A DNA stretch of 64,000 nucleotides. Source: Candidatus Berkelbacteria bacterium RIFCSPLOWO2_01_FULL_50_28. Lineage in GTDB: Bacteria; Patescibacteriota; UBA1384; 2-12-FULL-50-11. Where the stretch lies: assembly GCA_001774395.1 (NCBI GenBank), contig MEZX01000002.1, forward strand, positions 559,062 through 623,061, in the 5' to 3' direction. Made by a program: the position numbers and the translations under genes. Below the pieces are notes generated by a model, which was not told the DNA's origin, did not search any database, and saw nothing but the letters and a program-made list of their open reading frames with translations. Shown piece after piece: positions 1 to 13,969 of this stretch (positions are counted from its first letter, which is position 1; each line of letters begins with the position of its first letter).

Positions 1-329
1 GTTTTTATCTCAATATCCACACCAGCCGGAAGATCGAGATTCATAAGCGCGTCGAGCGTTTTTGGGTTTGGGTCCAGAACATCAATGATGCGTTTGTGAA
101 TACGAATTTCAAACTGCTCACGAGCGTCCTTGTGGACGAAAGTTGAGCGGTTGACTGTGACCAACGACTTTTCTGTTGGCAACGGGATAGGACCGGCCAC
201 GACGGCACCGGTCCTTTCCGCTGTATCTATGATCTTTTTGGCACTACGATCAATGACTCGGTAGTCATAAGCCTTCAGCTTTATCCGAATGGATGTTTTT
301 GCTTGTTCGCGCTTGGTACTTGTTGCCAT
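1..329 (-). CDS. rpsJ: 30S ribosomal protein S10 (3' end runs off the window)
   Basis: Manual translation from ATG 329: [34 protein letters not shown]...GPIPLPT...[19 protein letters not shown]; follows tuf. Not in the ORF track. Confidence 0.97.
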   Translation of the reverse strand, partial: MATSTKREQAKTSIRIKLKAYDYRVIDRSAKKIIDTAERTGAVVAGPIPLPTEKSLVTVNRSTFVHKDAREQFEIRIHKRIIDVLDPNPKTLDALMNLDLPAGVDIEIK

Positions 330-352
330 TTAATCGTAAGGTGCAGATTCGA

Positions 353-1534
353 TTACTTAATTATTTTGGTGACGACACCGGCGCCGACGGTTTTGCCGCC
401 TTCGCGGATAGCGAAGCGTAGCTTCTCTTCCATGGCAATTGGCTGGATCAGTTTGATCTTGAAGGTGGTGGTGTCGCCTGGGACAACCATTTCCATACCT
501 TCCGGTAGTTCAACTTCACCTGTAACGTCTGTCGTTCGGAAGTAGAACTGCGGCTTGTAGCCTTTGGTGAACGGTGTGTGACGGCCGCCCTCTTCTTTTT
601 TGAGGATGTAGCACTCGGCTTCAAACTCGGTGTGCGGCGTCACAGAACCTGGTTTGCAGATAACTTGGCCGCGTTCGATGTCGGCGCGCTCTAAGCCACG
701 GACCAACAGTCCAATGTTGTCGCCAGCCTGGCCGGAGTCCAACATTTTGCGGAACATTTCAACGCCAGTGACGACGGTTTTCTTGGTGGCGTGTAAGCCA
801 ACAACTTCGACATCCTCACCAACCTTGACAGTTCCTCGCTCAACTCGGCCAGTTGCAACGGTGCCACGGCCTTTGATCGAGAAGACATCTTCAACTGGCA
901 TCAAGAAAGGTTTGTCGGTTTCGCGAACTGGGTCGGGAACGTAGGTGTCGAGAGCTTCAATCAAATCGTTGATCGATTTTTCGGCTTCGGGGTCACCTTC
1001 AAGTGCCTTAAGAGCAGACCCCTTAATAATCGGGGTGTCTTTACCTGGATAATCGTATTTATTCAAGAGATCACGAACCTCTTCTTCAACCAACTCAAGC
1101 AACTCCTTGTCGGTGACTTGGTCGCACTTGTTCAGATAGACTACGACATACGGCACACCAACCTGTTTGGCTAGCAAGATATGTTCGCGGGTCTGCGGCA
1201 TTGGGCCGTCTGGTGCGGACACAACCAAGATGGCGGCGTCCATCTGGGCGGCGCCGGTGATCATGTTCTTAACGTAGTCGGCGTGACCCGGACAATCGAC
1301 ATGAGCGTAATGACGCTTGTCGGACTCGTACTCGACGTGATAAGTCGCGATAGTAATACCGCGCTGTTTCTCTTCTGGGGCGTTATCGATCTGATCAACG
1401 GCCCGTTTCTCGGCCTTGCCCGACTTCGCGAGCACGTTGGTGATCGCGGCAGTCAAGGTAGTTTTACCATGATCGACGTGGCCAATTGTGCCAACGTTGA
1501 CGTGGAGTTTATTTCGTTCAAATTTTTCTGCCAT
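353..1534 (-). CDS. tuf: Elongation factor Tu
   Basis: [32 protein letters not shown] motifs; 393 aa. Confidence 0.99.
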   Translation of the reverse strand: MAEKFERNKLHVNVGTIGHVDHGKTTLTAAITNVLAKSGKAEKRAVDQIDNAPEEKQRGITIATYHVEYESDKRHYAHVDCPGHADYVKNMITGAAQMDAAILVVSAPDGPMPQTREHILLAKQVGVPYVVVYLNKCDQVTDKELLELVEEEVRDLLNKYDYPGKDTPIIKGSALKALEGDPEAEKSINDLIEALDTYVPDPVRETDKPFLMPVEDVFSIKGRGTVATGRVERGTVKVGEDVEVVGLHATKKTVVTGVEMFRKMLDSGQAGDNIGLLVRGLERADIERGQVICKPGSVTPHTEFEAECYILKKEEGGRHTPFTKGYKPQFYFRTTDVTGEVELPEGMEMVVPGDTTTFKIKLIQPIAMEEKLRFAIREGGKTVGAGVVTKIIK

Positions 1535-1599
1535 TTTCTCTTTCTCCCTTTCCTTAACTTATTAGTAACTTTAATTGATTGTAACAAAAGACGAAGTCA

Positions 1600-1629
1600 A
1601 TTGTAACCTAATGGCCCCTCGAGCGTCAA
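1600..1629 (-). promoter_or_regulatory. Putative sigma70 promoter for tuf
   Basis: Minus strand TTGACG-18 nt-TACAAT upstream of tuf, which is separated from fusA by ~800 bp. Confidence 0.5.
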
Positions 1630-1791
1630 GGGAGCGAATCGTAAGAGTCACGGGGTGACTTTTTTACTCTCAGATGTCGGACTCGAAATCTGGCCCCGGA
1701 AAGTCAAATAACTTAATTGATATATAACTTTATTGTTATAAGATGTCTGTAGCAACCGTCTCTATCAGAAGCAGAAACGAGATGAATTGGA

Positions 1792-1820
1792 TTGACTTTT
1801 TATTCGTTCAAGCCCATAAT
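1792..1820 (+). promoter_or_regulatory. Putative sigma70 promoter of the small orphan gene
   Basis: TTGACT-17 nt-CATAAT, then AGGAGG and ATG 1852. Confidence 0.55.
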
Positions 1821-1851
1821 GACTCCAAATCTTAGGATTTTAGGAGGCGGT

Positions 1852-2004
1852 ATGAAAAAGTTTGCGTGCGGTTTGGCAACCGGGGCCGTTGTGGTTAGGT
1901 TAGCCCCCGAGCTTTCTATTGTGTGTGTGTTGATCTATTTGGCAATTACTCTTATGGAGATGAATCGCAGTCTGAGTAAGCCAGACGACACCAAGATTCA
2001 CTAA
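1852..2004 (+). CDS. Small membrane protein, hypothetical (50 aa)
   Basis: AGGAGG before ATG 1852; MKKFACGLATGAVVVRLAPELSIVCVLIYLAITLMEM is hydrophobic; hairpin plus T-run at 2025-2060. Confidence 0.55.
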   Translation: MKKFACGLATGAVVVRLAPELSIVCVLIYLAITLMEMNRSLSKPDDTKIH

Positions 2005-2104
2005 CGTTCAATGATTTCGCATCTGGCCAAAGCGCATCCGCGCCGAGGCCTTTTGCTTTTGTCTAGAAATATAGTGCAAAAGCGAGTGGTTTAGCGGTTT
2101 ACAA

Positions 2105-2270
2105 TACTGAAAATTTGCCGATTCGCTCCGCGAACCTTCCGGAAGGGAGGCAAATTTTCACCACCCGCCTGGGGCGAGCGTGCGGGGTAGGGGTTGTAGG
2201 GGCCTAGGGGGTGCCTCGCAACTAACCCCCTGGCCCCTACAGAAATTGGTTCGAGGCCTTGGCCTGGAAA
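2105..2270. repeat. Structured dispersed repeat, copy 1 (MITE/REP-like)
   Basis: Reverse complement aligns with 56774-57002; stems GAAAATTTGCC/GGCAAATTTTC and GTAGGGGCC/GGCCCCTAC. Confidence 0.85.
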
Positions 2271-2341
2271 ATATATGGACTACTCCCCACAAAGAAATGC
2301 GGCTCATAGCCGCACAAGCTTTCTGCGTTTGAAATACGATT

Positions 2342-4444
2342 TTATTCTTCTACAACAGCCTTCGCCGTAGGCGACTTGCCGATGATGCCTTCGGCGATGT
2401 TGCGCGGCACTTCTTCGTAGTGGTCAAATTCCATGGTGTAGGCGGCGCGACCTTGACTCATGCCGCGAAGTTCGGTGATATAGCCAAACATTTCGCTCAA
2501 AGGTACCTGAGCGTCAACCACCTTGGAGTTACCGCGAGTTTCAGACCCCTGCACTCGGCCGCGGCGACTATTCAAATCCCCTACCACCGAACCAAAGAAC
2601 TCGTCCGGCGAAGTCACTTCGACTTTCATAACTGGCTCGAGCAATACGGGACCCGCTTTTTTGACGCCATCGCGCATTGCCATCGCTCCTGCCACCTGGA
2701 AGGCAACATCGCTAGAGTCAACATCGTGATACGAACCATCAACAAGAGTTACCTTCAGATCTACCAGCGGATAACCGGCGATGACTCCCTTGGAGACAAC
2801 GTCTTTGATGCCTTTTTCAACCGAGGGAATGAACTCACGCGGAATCGTTCCACCAAATATTTTATTAACAAATTCGAAGCCGACGCCGCGTTCTTGCGGT
2901 TCGATCGTAATCCAAACATGACCGTACTGGCCGCGGCCGCCGGTCTGTTTGATGTACTTACCCTCTTGTTTGACAGCTTTTGTAATCGCTTCTTTGAACG
3001 CAACCTGCGGAGCGCCTTTGTCGGCCTCAACGTTGAATTCGCGTCGCATTCGATCGACGATAATGTCGAGATGAAGCTCGCCCATTCCCTCGATCAGCGT
3101 TTGATTGGATGTAGGGTCTTGGCTCAAGCGCAGAGTTGGGTCTTCAGCAGCCAAGCGCATTAAGGCTGCCCCCATTTTTTCTTGATCGGCTTTGGTCTTG
3201 GGCTCGATGGACATCTTAATAACAGGTTCGGGCGCGATAATGCGTTCTAAAATTATCGGCGATTTTTCGTCGCATAGAGTATCGCCAGTAGTAGTACTTT
3301 TTAGGCCAACGGCGGCAGCGATATCACCGGTGTAAACTTCGTTAACATCTTCGCGCGAGTTGGCGTGCAAGCGAACAATTCGGCCAACGCGTTCTTTCTC
3401 GCCTTTCGAACTATTCAAAATGTATGAGCCAGCCGTTAGTTTTCCGGCGTAAACGCGAAAGAAGGTTAAATTGCCAACAAACGGGTCGGTAGCAACTTTG
3501 AAAGCCAACGCCGTGAACGGCTCGTCGTCCGAGACAGCTCGCTCTAGCTCTTTTTCATGATCTTTAATGTCCGTGCCTTTGACGGCTTCAACGTCAAGCG
3601 GCGAAGGTAGGTAATCGACAACTGCATCAAGTAGCGGTTGAACGCCTTTATTTTTCAGAGCGGAACCGGCTAAGACTGGAAAAACTTTTACGTCGATGAC
3701 GGCTTTACGTAAAGCGGCTTTAAGCTCTGCTTCGGATAGCTTCGTGCCTTCAAAATATTTGTGCATCAGCGCGTCGTCGGTTTCAGCAATCTGCTCGATC
3801 AATTGGTGGCGATACTTTTCAACCTCATCCTTCATATCGGCTGGTACATCTTCGATAGTCGCTTCTTTGCCCAGGTCGTCGGATTTCCAAACAATAGCTT
3901 TGTTCTTAATTAAATCGACAACACCCACAAGATTTTCCTCCTCGCCAATCGGTAGCTGGAGAACTGCAACTTTAGCACCTAAACGATCCTGAATAGTTTT
4001 GATGACATACTTAAAGTCGGCGCCAATTCGATCGAGCTTATTAACAAAACAAATTCTGGGCACTTTATATTTATCGGCCTGACGCCAAACCGTTTCACTT
4101 TGTGCTTCCACTCCTGCAACACCGTCAAAAACCGTCACTGCGCCGTCCAAAACGCGCAAAGAGCGCTGAACTTCAATTGTAAAATCAATATGGCCCGGGG
4201 TATCGATAATGTTGATGTTGTGCTCTTTCCAAAAGGCGGTCGTGGCAGCAGCGGTAATGGTAATCCCCCGCTCTTGCTCCTGCTCCATCCAGTCCATAAC
4301 CGCGGCGCCTTCATGGACTTCGCCCATTTTGTAGGTTTTTCCGGTGTAGAAAAGAATCCGTTCAGAAACGGTCGTTTTACCGGCATCAATGTGGGCAATG
4401 ATCCCAATATTGCGAATTTTCTCTAAAGGATAGGTTCTAGCCAT
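2342..4444 (-). CDS. fusA: Elongation factor G
   Basis: [30 protein letters not shown]; 700 aa. Confidence 0.99.
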   Translation of the reverse strand: MARTYPLEKIRNIGIIAHIDAGKTTVSERILFYTGKTYKMGEVHEGAAVMDWMEQEQERGITITAAATTAFWKEHNINIIDTPGHIDFTIEVQRSLRVLDGAVTVFDGVAGVEAQSETVWRQADKYKVPRICFVNKLDRIGADFKYVIKTIQDRLGAKVAVLQLPIGEEENLVGVVDLIKNKAIVWKSDDLGKEATIEDVPADMKDEVEKYRHQLIEQIAETDDALMHKYFEGTKLSEAELKAALRKAVIDVKVFPVLAGSALKNKGVQPLLDAVVDYLPSPLDVEAVKGTDIKDHEKELERAVSDDEPFTALAFKVATDPFVGNLTFFRVYAGKLTAGSYILNSSKGEKERVGRIVRLHANSREDVNEVYTGDIAAAVGLKSTTTGDTLCDEKSPIILERIIAPEPVIKMSIEPKTKADQEKMGAALMRLAAEDPTLRLSQDPTSNQTLIEGMGELHLDIIVDRMRREFNVEADKGAPQVAFKEAITKAVKQEGKYIKQTGGRGQYGHVWITIEPQERGVGFEFVNKIFGGTIPREFIPSVEKGIKDVVSKGVIAGYPLVDLKVTLVDGSYHDVDSSDVAFQVAGAMAMRDGVKKAGPVLLEPVMKVEVTSPDEFFGSVVGDLNSRRGRVQGSETRGNSKVVDAQVPLSEMFGYITELRGMSQGRAAYTMEFDHYEEVPRNIAEGIIGKSPTAKAVVEE

Positions 4445-4664
4445 TGTCTTTTTCGACTTGTCTAATTCTTTTTAAAATCAAACTGGCAAACGCTTGCTGT
4501 CCGAACATAATTCCAACAATAATACCGCCCATGGTAGCAATGATCACTTCTTTAGAGTTGCCAAGCCAGACAAAAACAACCAGAAGAATAGCTAACGGAA
4601 TAAGCTTCAGCCAGTAAGAGCTCTTAACTTTAGCCAAAAAAATCGCTATCCGTTCCACGGTCAT
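4437..4664 (-). CDS. Small two-TM membrane protein within the str operon (75 aa)
   Basis: ATG 1 nt after the rpsG stop; stop overlaps the fusA start; two hydrophobic segments. Confidence 0.7.
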   Translation of the reverse strand: MTVERIAIFLAKVKSSYWLKLIPLAILLVVFVWLGNSKEVIIATMGGIIVGIMFGQQAFASLILKRIRQVEKDNG

Positions 4665-4665
4665 C

Positions 4666-5139
4666 TTAATACCGTGCGAAGTGGGCAAAGGCCCGGTTGG
4701 CTTCGGCCATCTTGTGCAAATCTTCGCGTTTTTTCATGACCGCACCGGTGCTGTCGAGAATGTTTTTCATCTCGTTATACAGGGCATCGGCCATTGGCTT
4801 ACCTTTTACCGCCCGCGCCGCCGCAAGTAACCACCGCATCACAAGGATAACTTTACGAGCCGGACGAACTTCCATCGGAACTTGATAATTCGCACCACCA
4901 ACACGACGAGAGCGTACCTCTAAAATTGGAGAGGCCTTTTCGACGATTTCCCGCAATAAAAATGGGACTTCAACCTTGCGCTCGGCTGCCAGTTTTTCCA
5001 ACGCGGCGTAAACAATTGTTTGAGCGGTTTCCTTTTTACCGCCGATCATCACCTTGTTTACCAGTTTCGAGAGCATCGGATCCTGATACTTTGGCTCTAG
5101 AGTAAAATGAGGCTTTTTGAAGCTAGAACGTCCTCTCAT
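4666..5139 (-). CDS. rpsG: 30S ribosomal protein S7
   Basis: EVRSRRVGGANYQVP, HKMAEANRAFAHF. Confidence 0.98.
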   Translation of the reverse strand: MRGRSSFKKPHFTLEPKYQDPMLSKLVNKVMIGGKKETAQTIVYAALEKLAAERKVEVPFLLREIVEKASPILEVRSRRVGGANYQVPMEVRPARKVILVMRWLLAAARAVKGKPMADALYNEMKNILDSTGAVMKKREDLHKMAEANRAFAHFARY

Positions 5140-5156
5140 CGGGTAACCTTTCGGTT

Positions 5157-5268
5157 AATCACCGAATCATCGAATAATCGAATCATCAAAAAATCTTCAA
5201 ACGATCTAAGGACGGATTTTGGTTGATTAGGTAATTTAATCATTTTTTGGTTATTTGGTGATTTGAAT
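5157..5268. repeat. AT-rich octamer inverted-repeat tract
   Basis: AATCACCG-AATCATCG-AATAATCG-AATCATCA followed by complementary TGGTTATT/TGGTGATT units between rpsL and rpsG. Confidence 0.65.
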
Positions 5269-5269
5269 A

Positions 5270-5686
5270 TTATTTTGGTTTCTTTGCGCCGTACTTTGAG
5301 CGGCCCTGGTTACGATTCTCCACGCCCTCGGCGTTGAGCACCCCCCGAACGATATGGTACTTTACACCCGGTAAGTCTTTAACACGACCGCCGCGAATAA
5401 GAACCAGCGCGTGTTCTTGTAGATTATGTTTGATACCTGGAATATAGGCCGTAACTTCTTGGCCGCTCGTCAGACGGACCCGTGCAATTTTACGCAGAGC
5501 CGAGTTTGGCTTTTTCGGCGTCATGGTTGAAACCTTAATACAAACTCCTCGCATAAACGGCCGCCCCTTAACGAAAATTACTGGTCGGTTCTTCTGGCTG
5601 TTGAAGCCACGATGAAGCGCCGGCGCTTTACTCTTGGCGACAGTTCGCTTTCTCCCACTTTTTATCAACTGGCTAATCGTAGGCAT
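5270..5686 (-). CDS. rpsL: 30S ribosomal protein S12
   Basis: [21 protein letters not shown]. Confidence 0.99.
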   Translation of the reverse strand: MPTISQLIKSGRKRTVAKSKAPALHRGFNSQKNRPVIFVKGRPFMRGVCIKVSTMTPKKPNSALRKIARVRLTSGQEVTAYIPGIKHNLQEHALVLIRGGRVKDLPGVKYHIVRGVLNAEGVENRNQGRSKYGAKKPK

Positions 5687-5761
5687 TTTAGGATGCCTCC
5701 GTCTTTCTATTTTTGCTATTTATCTTTTGGGGTAGAAACATGGTTGGCATAGAAGATAATT

Positions 5762-8700
5762 CTACTCCTTAGGATCCTTCAGTTCAACCGTAGGCGCCAC
5801 TTCTTCGACAGGTTCGACCTTAGCCTTAAACCCGGTCCCAGCAGGAATCAGTTTACCGATGATGACGTTTTCCTTTAGACCCTTAAGTGAATCCACCTGC
5901 CCTTGAATTGCAGCTTTGATCAAGACACTAGTTGTCTCTTGGAACGAGGCGGCCGACAGGAATGAGTTGGTATTCAAGGAGGCGCGAGTGATTCCGAGAA
6001 CGATCTGCTCGTATTCGATCGCTGTCCGTTTGTCGGTTTTGAGCTGTTCGTTTAGTCGTTGGGCTTCAAGCTTGTCGACAATCTGGCCGGCCAGCAATGT
6101 TGAATCGCCACCGTTTACAATTCTAACCTTACCGAACATTGCGCGAGCGATGATCTCAATATGCTTCTCGTTCACGGCGGCGCCGTGCGAGGCATAAATC
6201 ATTTGAACTTCTTTGATAATGTATTCGCGAGTTTTGTCCAAACCACGTAGCTTGAGTGATTGAGCCAGGTCAAGATGACCATCGGTTAAACGCTGCCCAA
6301 GCTTGACTACATCGTTATTTTTAACTATCACGCTCAGCTCTGCAGGTATGATATAGCTGGCAGTTACGGGTTCGTGGGCGACAATTGTGATATTTTTGCC
6401 GCTCAGACGTACCTTACCGGCGATGTTAACGCGGATTGCCTTTTTATCAACTGCTGTGGCCACAGCCTGTTTAGCCTTAACTGAATCGTTATTCTTTACC
6501 GCGAACTGATAGCCTTCTTCCAACTCGAACGATTCCTTTTGGATCTCGTCGGAAATGACGTCAACGTAGAGACGATCGCGCGTTTCGTGGATGGAGACGG
6601 TACCTTCAACCTCGGACACGATAGCTGGATTATGCGGCGGCCGAGCTTCGAAAATCTCCTCAACACGTGGCAAACCTGACGTGATATCGCCAACTGAGAC
6701 GCCTCCCATATGGAACGTTTTCATCGTCAGCTGGGTGCCTGGCTCACCAATTGCTTGAGCGGCCATAATACCAACAGCTGTGCCGATTTTTACAAGGTTT
6801 CCGGTGGCAAGATCGCGACCGTAGCACTTCTGACAAACACCGAGTTTGGCGGCGCAGTGTAAGTTAGAACGGACTTTCACTTCAGAAAGTTGGGCCTCAA
6901 CGATCTGGGCTGACTTCTCCTCATCAATCTCGGCACCGGCTTTAGCAATTACTTTACCGCCCTTTGCCTTAATCGTCTCGCCTGAAGTTTTGCCGAGCAA
7001 GCGCTCTTCGTAAGTCTCGCCGTACTGTTCGGATTCACTTTGTTTGACCGTCAGGAACGTCTTCGTGCCGCAGTCGTTCTCCGAAATCACCATGTCTTGG
7101 GCGACGTCCACTAATCTACGGGTTAGATAACCGGCATCGGCCGTTTTAAGCGAGGTGTCAGATTTACCCTTTCGCGAGCCGTGAGTAGAAATGAAGTATT
7201 CAAGCACCGAAAGTCCTTCTTTATAGTTATGGACGATAGGAACCTCAATAATTTCACCGGCCGGGTTAACAACCAAGCCTTTCATACCGGAGAGCTGGGT
7301 CATCTGGTTGGCCGAACCGCGAGCACCAGAAGAAACCATGGTCCAGATTGAATCAGATTCCTTCATACTCTTCATAACTTCGGCCTGAATTTTATTCCGG
7401 ACTTCCGTCCATTTCTCGATTGAAAGTTTGCGACGCTCAGGTTCAGATATAAGACCCTTTCGATAACGTTTTGTAATTTCGTCAATCGCTTCTTCGCCCT
7501 CTTTGATAAGCTGATTTTTTGTCGCAGGGACTTTGATATCGGAAATCGACATTGTCATACCCGATCTTTCAGCAAATTTGAAACCAAGCGCCATCAACTC
7601 GTCAGCGATACGCGATGTTTCTGGACCGCCGTACACCTTAAAGATGTTGCGAATAATTTTCTTCAGGGCTCTGGTGTCGAGCGACTCGTTAACGTAAGCA
7701 TGCCCCTTGGGAAAAATGGTATTGATCATTGCTCGGCCAACGGTGGTATCAATTCGCGCTCCGTCGCGACGAAGTTGAATTTTAGCTTGAGGATGAAGCT
7801 CACCTCGCTGATAAGAAAGTGTCACCTCATCGACGCCGGCAAATGCTTTGCCTTCACCCAGCACGCCCTCAGCTTCGTTCGTCAGATAGAACAAACCAAA
7901 AACGATATCGAGTCGCGGCGCTGGCAGCGGTTCGCCGGACGCTGGTTTAAGAAGGTTGTTGACTGAAAGCATTAGCTCCTCGGCTTCGTGACGGGCCTGA
8001 GCCGAAAGCGGCACGTGAACAGCCATTTGATCACCATCGAAGTCAGCGTTATAGGCAGCACAAACTAGCGGATGGAGCTGAATAGCCTTACCCTCGATCA
8101 GAATCGGGTGAAAAGCTTGAATTCCAAGACGGTGCAGTGTGGGAGCACGGTTCAGCAGGACGTGAGATCCTTTAGTAACCGCCTCAAGAATCTCCCATAC
8201 TTCTGGAGTTTGGCGGTCAATTAAACGTGAAGCATTCTTGACGTTATGAACGTAGCCTTCGCTTATCAGTTTCGAGATCACAAAAGGCTTGAATAGTTCG
8301 AGAGCCATTACCTTTGGCAGACCGCATTGATCGAGTTTTAAGTTTGGACCAACAACGATTACGGAACGACCGGAGTAATCAACACGCTTACCCAGCAAGT
8401 TCTGGCGGAAACGTCCTTGTTTGCCACGCAACATATCAGAAAGACTTCTGGGCTGACGTCCGGCGCCGACCGTTTGGCCTTTGCGAGCCGAGTTGTCGAT
8501 CAAAGCATCAACCGCTTCTTGCAACATCCGTTTCTCGTTGCGAACAATTACATCCGGCGCACCTTGGTTCATAAGCCGTTTCAAACGGTTATTACGATTC
8601 AAAACCCTGCGGTAGAGATCGTTAAGATCGCTTGAGGCAAACCTACCGCCATCGAGCTGCACCATCGGACGCAAGTCCGGTGGCAGGACAGGAAGCTTCA

Positions 8701-9550
8701 GAAGGATAAGCCACTCAGGCTTCACTCCAGCCAATTTCATATCGGTTAGAACGCGCAGACGCTTCATGAGCCGGCGATAGGTATTTGGTAAAACGGTGTT
8801 GGCGAGAGCCCGGATAGCTTTAATCTCGTCATCAAGATTTATCTTCTTTAATAGCTCTAGAACAGCCTCGGCGCCGATCGCTACTTTCAGGATATTACCA
8901 AAGCGCAGACTCAGCTCGTGGTATTTTCCTTCAGGGAGAACTAGCTTGGGAGCTAAGGAGGTAAGGTCGGACTTGGTTGATTTATAGTTAATTTCCAACT
9001 GCTCCAAACGTTCCGGTGAATCCTTCAATAATTCTTTAGCGGCTTTGTATTCTAGCTCCAGCTGGGCTAGTGCTTCAGATCGGAGCGTGTCGTCAACATG
9101 GGTAACGACGAAACTGGCGAAGTAAATCACTCTCTCTAAATCACTGACTGAGATATCGAGAACGGTGCCTAAAATATAAGGAACACCGCGGACGTACCAG
9201 ATGTGGGCAACCGGCACGGCCAATTCGATATGACCCATTCGTTCCCGGCGTACCGAGGCGCGAGTGACTTCCACGCCACATTTATCGCAGATGACGCCTT
9301 TGTAACGAATGCGCTTGTATTTGCCGCAGTAACACTCCCAATCTTTAGTGGGGCCAAAAATTCGCTCGTCGAACAAACCATCGCGCTCCGGCTTCTGGGT
9401 ACGGTAGTTGATAGTTTCCGGCTTCAGGACTTCGCCGTAGCTCCATCGATCCATATCTTCCGGACCAGCCACGCGCAATCTCAGCCCCTCAAAGTTCAAA
9501 AGATTAAACTCTGACTTTTCCACTTTTGTGTTTAGCTTTAGCTCTGGCAT
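5762..9550 (-). CDS. rpoC: RNA polymerase beta' subunit
   Basis: NADFDGD catalytic motif, N-terminal Zn ribbon, GEPGTQLTM. Confidence 0.99.
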   Translation of the reverse strand: MPELKLNTKVEKSEFNLLNFEGLRLRVAGPEDMDRWSYGEVLKPETINYRTQKPERDGLFDERIFGPTKDWECYCGKYKRIRYKGVICDKCGVEVTRASVRRERMGHIELAVPVAHIWYVRGVPYILGTVLDISVSDLERVIYFASFVVTHVDDTLRSEALAQLELEYKAAKELLKDSPERLEQLEINYKSTKSDLTSLAPKLVLPEGKYHELSLRFGNILKVAIGAEAVLELLKKINLDDEIKAIRALANTVLPNTYRRLMKRLRVLTDMKLAGVKPEWLILLKLPVLPPDLRPMVQLDGGRFASSDLNDLYRRVLNRNNRLKRLMNQGAPDVIVRNEKRMLQEAVDALIDNSARKGQTVGAGRQPRSLSDMLRGKQGRFRQNLLGKRVDYSGRSVIVVGPNLKLDQCGLPKVMALELFKPFVISKLISEGYVHNVKNASRLIDRQTPEVWEILEAVTKGSHVLLNRAPTLHRLGIQAFHPILIEGKAIQLHPLVCAAYNADFDGDQMAVHVPLSAQARHEAEELMLSVNNLLKPASGEPLPAPRLDIVFGLFYLTNEAEGVLGEGKAFAGVDEVTLSYQRGELHPQAKIQLRRDGARIDTTVGRAMINTIFPKGHAYVNESLDTRALKKIIRNIFKVYGGPETSRIADELMALGFKFAERSGMTMSISDIKVPATKNQLIKEGEEAIDEITKRYRKGLISEPERRKLSIEKWTEVRNKIQAEVMKSMKESDSIWTMVSSGARGSANQMTQLSGMKGLVVNPAGEIIEVPIVHNYKEGLSVLEYFISTHGSRKGKSDTSLKTADAGYLTRRLVDVAQDMVISENDCGTKTFLTVKQSESEQYGETYEERLLGKTSGETIKAKGGKVIAKAGAEIDEEKSAQIVEAQLSEVKVRSNLHCAAKLGVCQKCYGRDLATGNLVKIGTAVGIMAAQAIGEPGTQLTMKTFHMGGVSVGDITSGLPRVEEIFEARPPHNPAIVSEVEGTVSIHETRDRLYVDVISDEIQKESFELEEGYQFAVKNNDSVKAKQAVATAVDKKAIRVNIAGKVRLSGKNITIVAHEPVTASYIIPAELSVIVKNNDVVKLGQRLTDGHLDLAQSLKLRGLDKTREYIIKEVQMIYASHGAAVNEKHIEIIARAMFGKVRIVNGGDSTLLAGQIVDKLEAQRLNEQLKTDKRTAIEYEQIVLGITRASLNTNSFLSAASFQETTSVLIKAAIQGQVDSLKGLKENVIIGKLIPAGTGFKAKVEPVEEVAPTVELKDPKE

Positions 9551-12859
<3,309 letters not shown>

Positions 12860-12996
12860 TATAGCCTCCTTTATTGTTCGTTAATTCACTGACAGCAAAA
12901 CACGCTCCATATGGAGCGAATCATCGGCTGACGTTTGTCGCTTCGTTATTTTCACCTATGATCCCCAACTAACTTGGGGTAAATGTACAGTGTAAA

Positions 12997-13968
12997 TCAG
13001 CCCTTGTCAAGTGCTTCAACAATAGCTTCTTTCAACTCGCTGATTCCGGTGTTCTGCTCCGCACTTATCAGTATGCTATCAGGGAAATCTTTATTCAAGG
13101 CCGTAACCTGTTCTTCGTTCAACAGATCCATCTTGTTGAGGATAACGATGCGCGGCAGATCCAATAGTTTCACATCGTAAGACTTAATCTCGTCCAATAT
13201 TACCTTCTCGCTTAACTTCGGGCTCTCTAGTGAGGCGTCTATTACATGGACGATCAACCGAACCCTGGAACTATGACGCAAGAATTCTGTCCCCAACCCT
13301 TTGCCTAAATGGGCGTCCTTGATTAGTCCGGGCAAATCAACCAGCGTAACTTTTTGTCCGTTAATTGTTGCTACTCCTAGTACTGGCTCGACCGTCGAAA
13401 ATTTATAAGCTCCGATCCTACCAGAAACCCCACAGAGCGCTTTCAAGAGTGACGACTTCCCGGCGTTCGGCTCACCAACAATTGCCACGTCGGCAACCAA
13501 ACGTAGCTCTAGTCTGACCTGCAGCTTCTGTCCCGGAATTCCCGAAGTAAACTCGAAAGGGTTTTGGTGAGTGGCACTGACAAAATGCACATTCCCTTTG
13601 CCACCAATCCCGCCAAGGGCAAGCACTATTCTCATATCGGTCTTGGTAAAATCTGCCAGCTGGTGATTGAAGATGGTATCAGTAACCACAGTGCCAGTGG
13701 GCACGATGAGTTCAAGCACGGCGCCGTCGTGGCCCTTTCTTTTTTTTCTGGCACCTTTCTGCCCGTCCTCGGCTTTAAATTGTTTACGATAACGAAAGTC
13801 GGCCAGGGTGTCGGTGTTATTGCTCGAGATAAAGGCGATGTCACCGCCCTTCCCGCCGTCCCCTCCATCAGGGCCGCCTTTTTCTTCGCCCTTCTCTCGC
13901 CGCCACGATACCACGCCGTCACCGCCATTTCCGGCTTTCAACTCTAATTCAACAGTGTCCACAAGCAT
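12997..13968 (-). CDS. obgE: GTPase ObgE (no C-terminal OCT domain)
   Basis: Gly-rich Obg domain (AGNGGDG, GGPDGGDGGKGG), GEPNAGKSS, DLPG, NKMD; ATG 13968 follows the upstream stop. Confidence 0.95.
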   Translation of the reverse strand: MLVDTVELELKAGNGGDGVVSWRREKGEEKGGPDGGDGGKGGDIAFISSNNTDTLADFRYRKQFKAEDGQKGARKKRKGHDGAVLELIVPTGTVVTDTIFNHQLADFTKTDMRIVLALGGIGGKGNVHFVSATHQNPFEFTSGIPGQKLQVRLELRLVADVAIVGEPNAGKSSLLKALCGVSGRIGAYKFSTVEPVLGVATINGQKVTLVDLPGLIKDAHLGKGLGTEFLRHSSRVRLIVHVIDASLESPKLSEKVILDEIKSYDVKLLDLPRIVILNKMDLLNEEQVTALNKDFPDSILISAEQNTGISELKEAIVEALDKG

Positions 13969-13969
13969 T

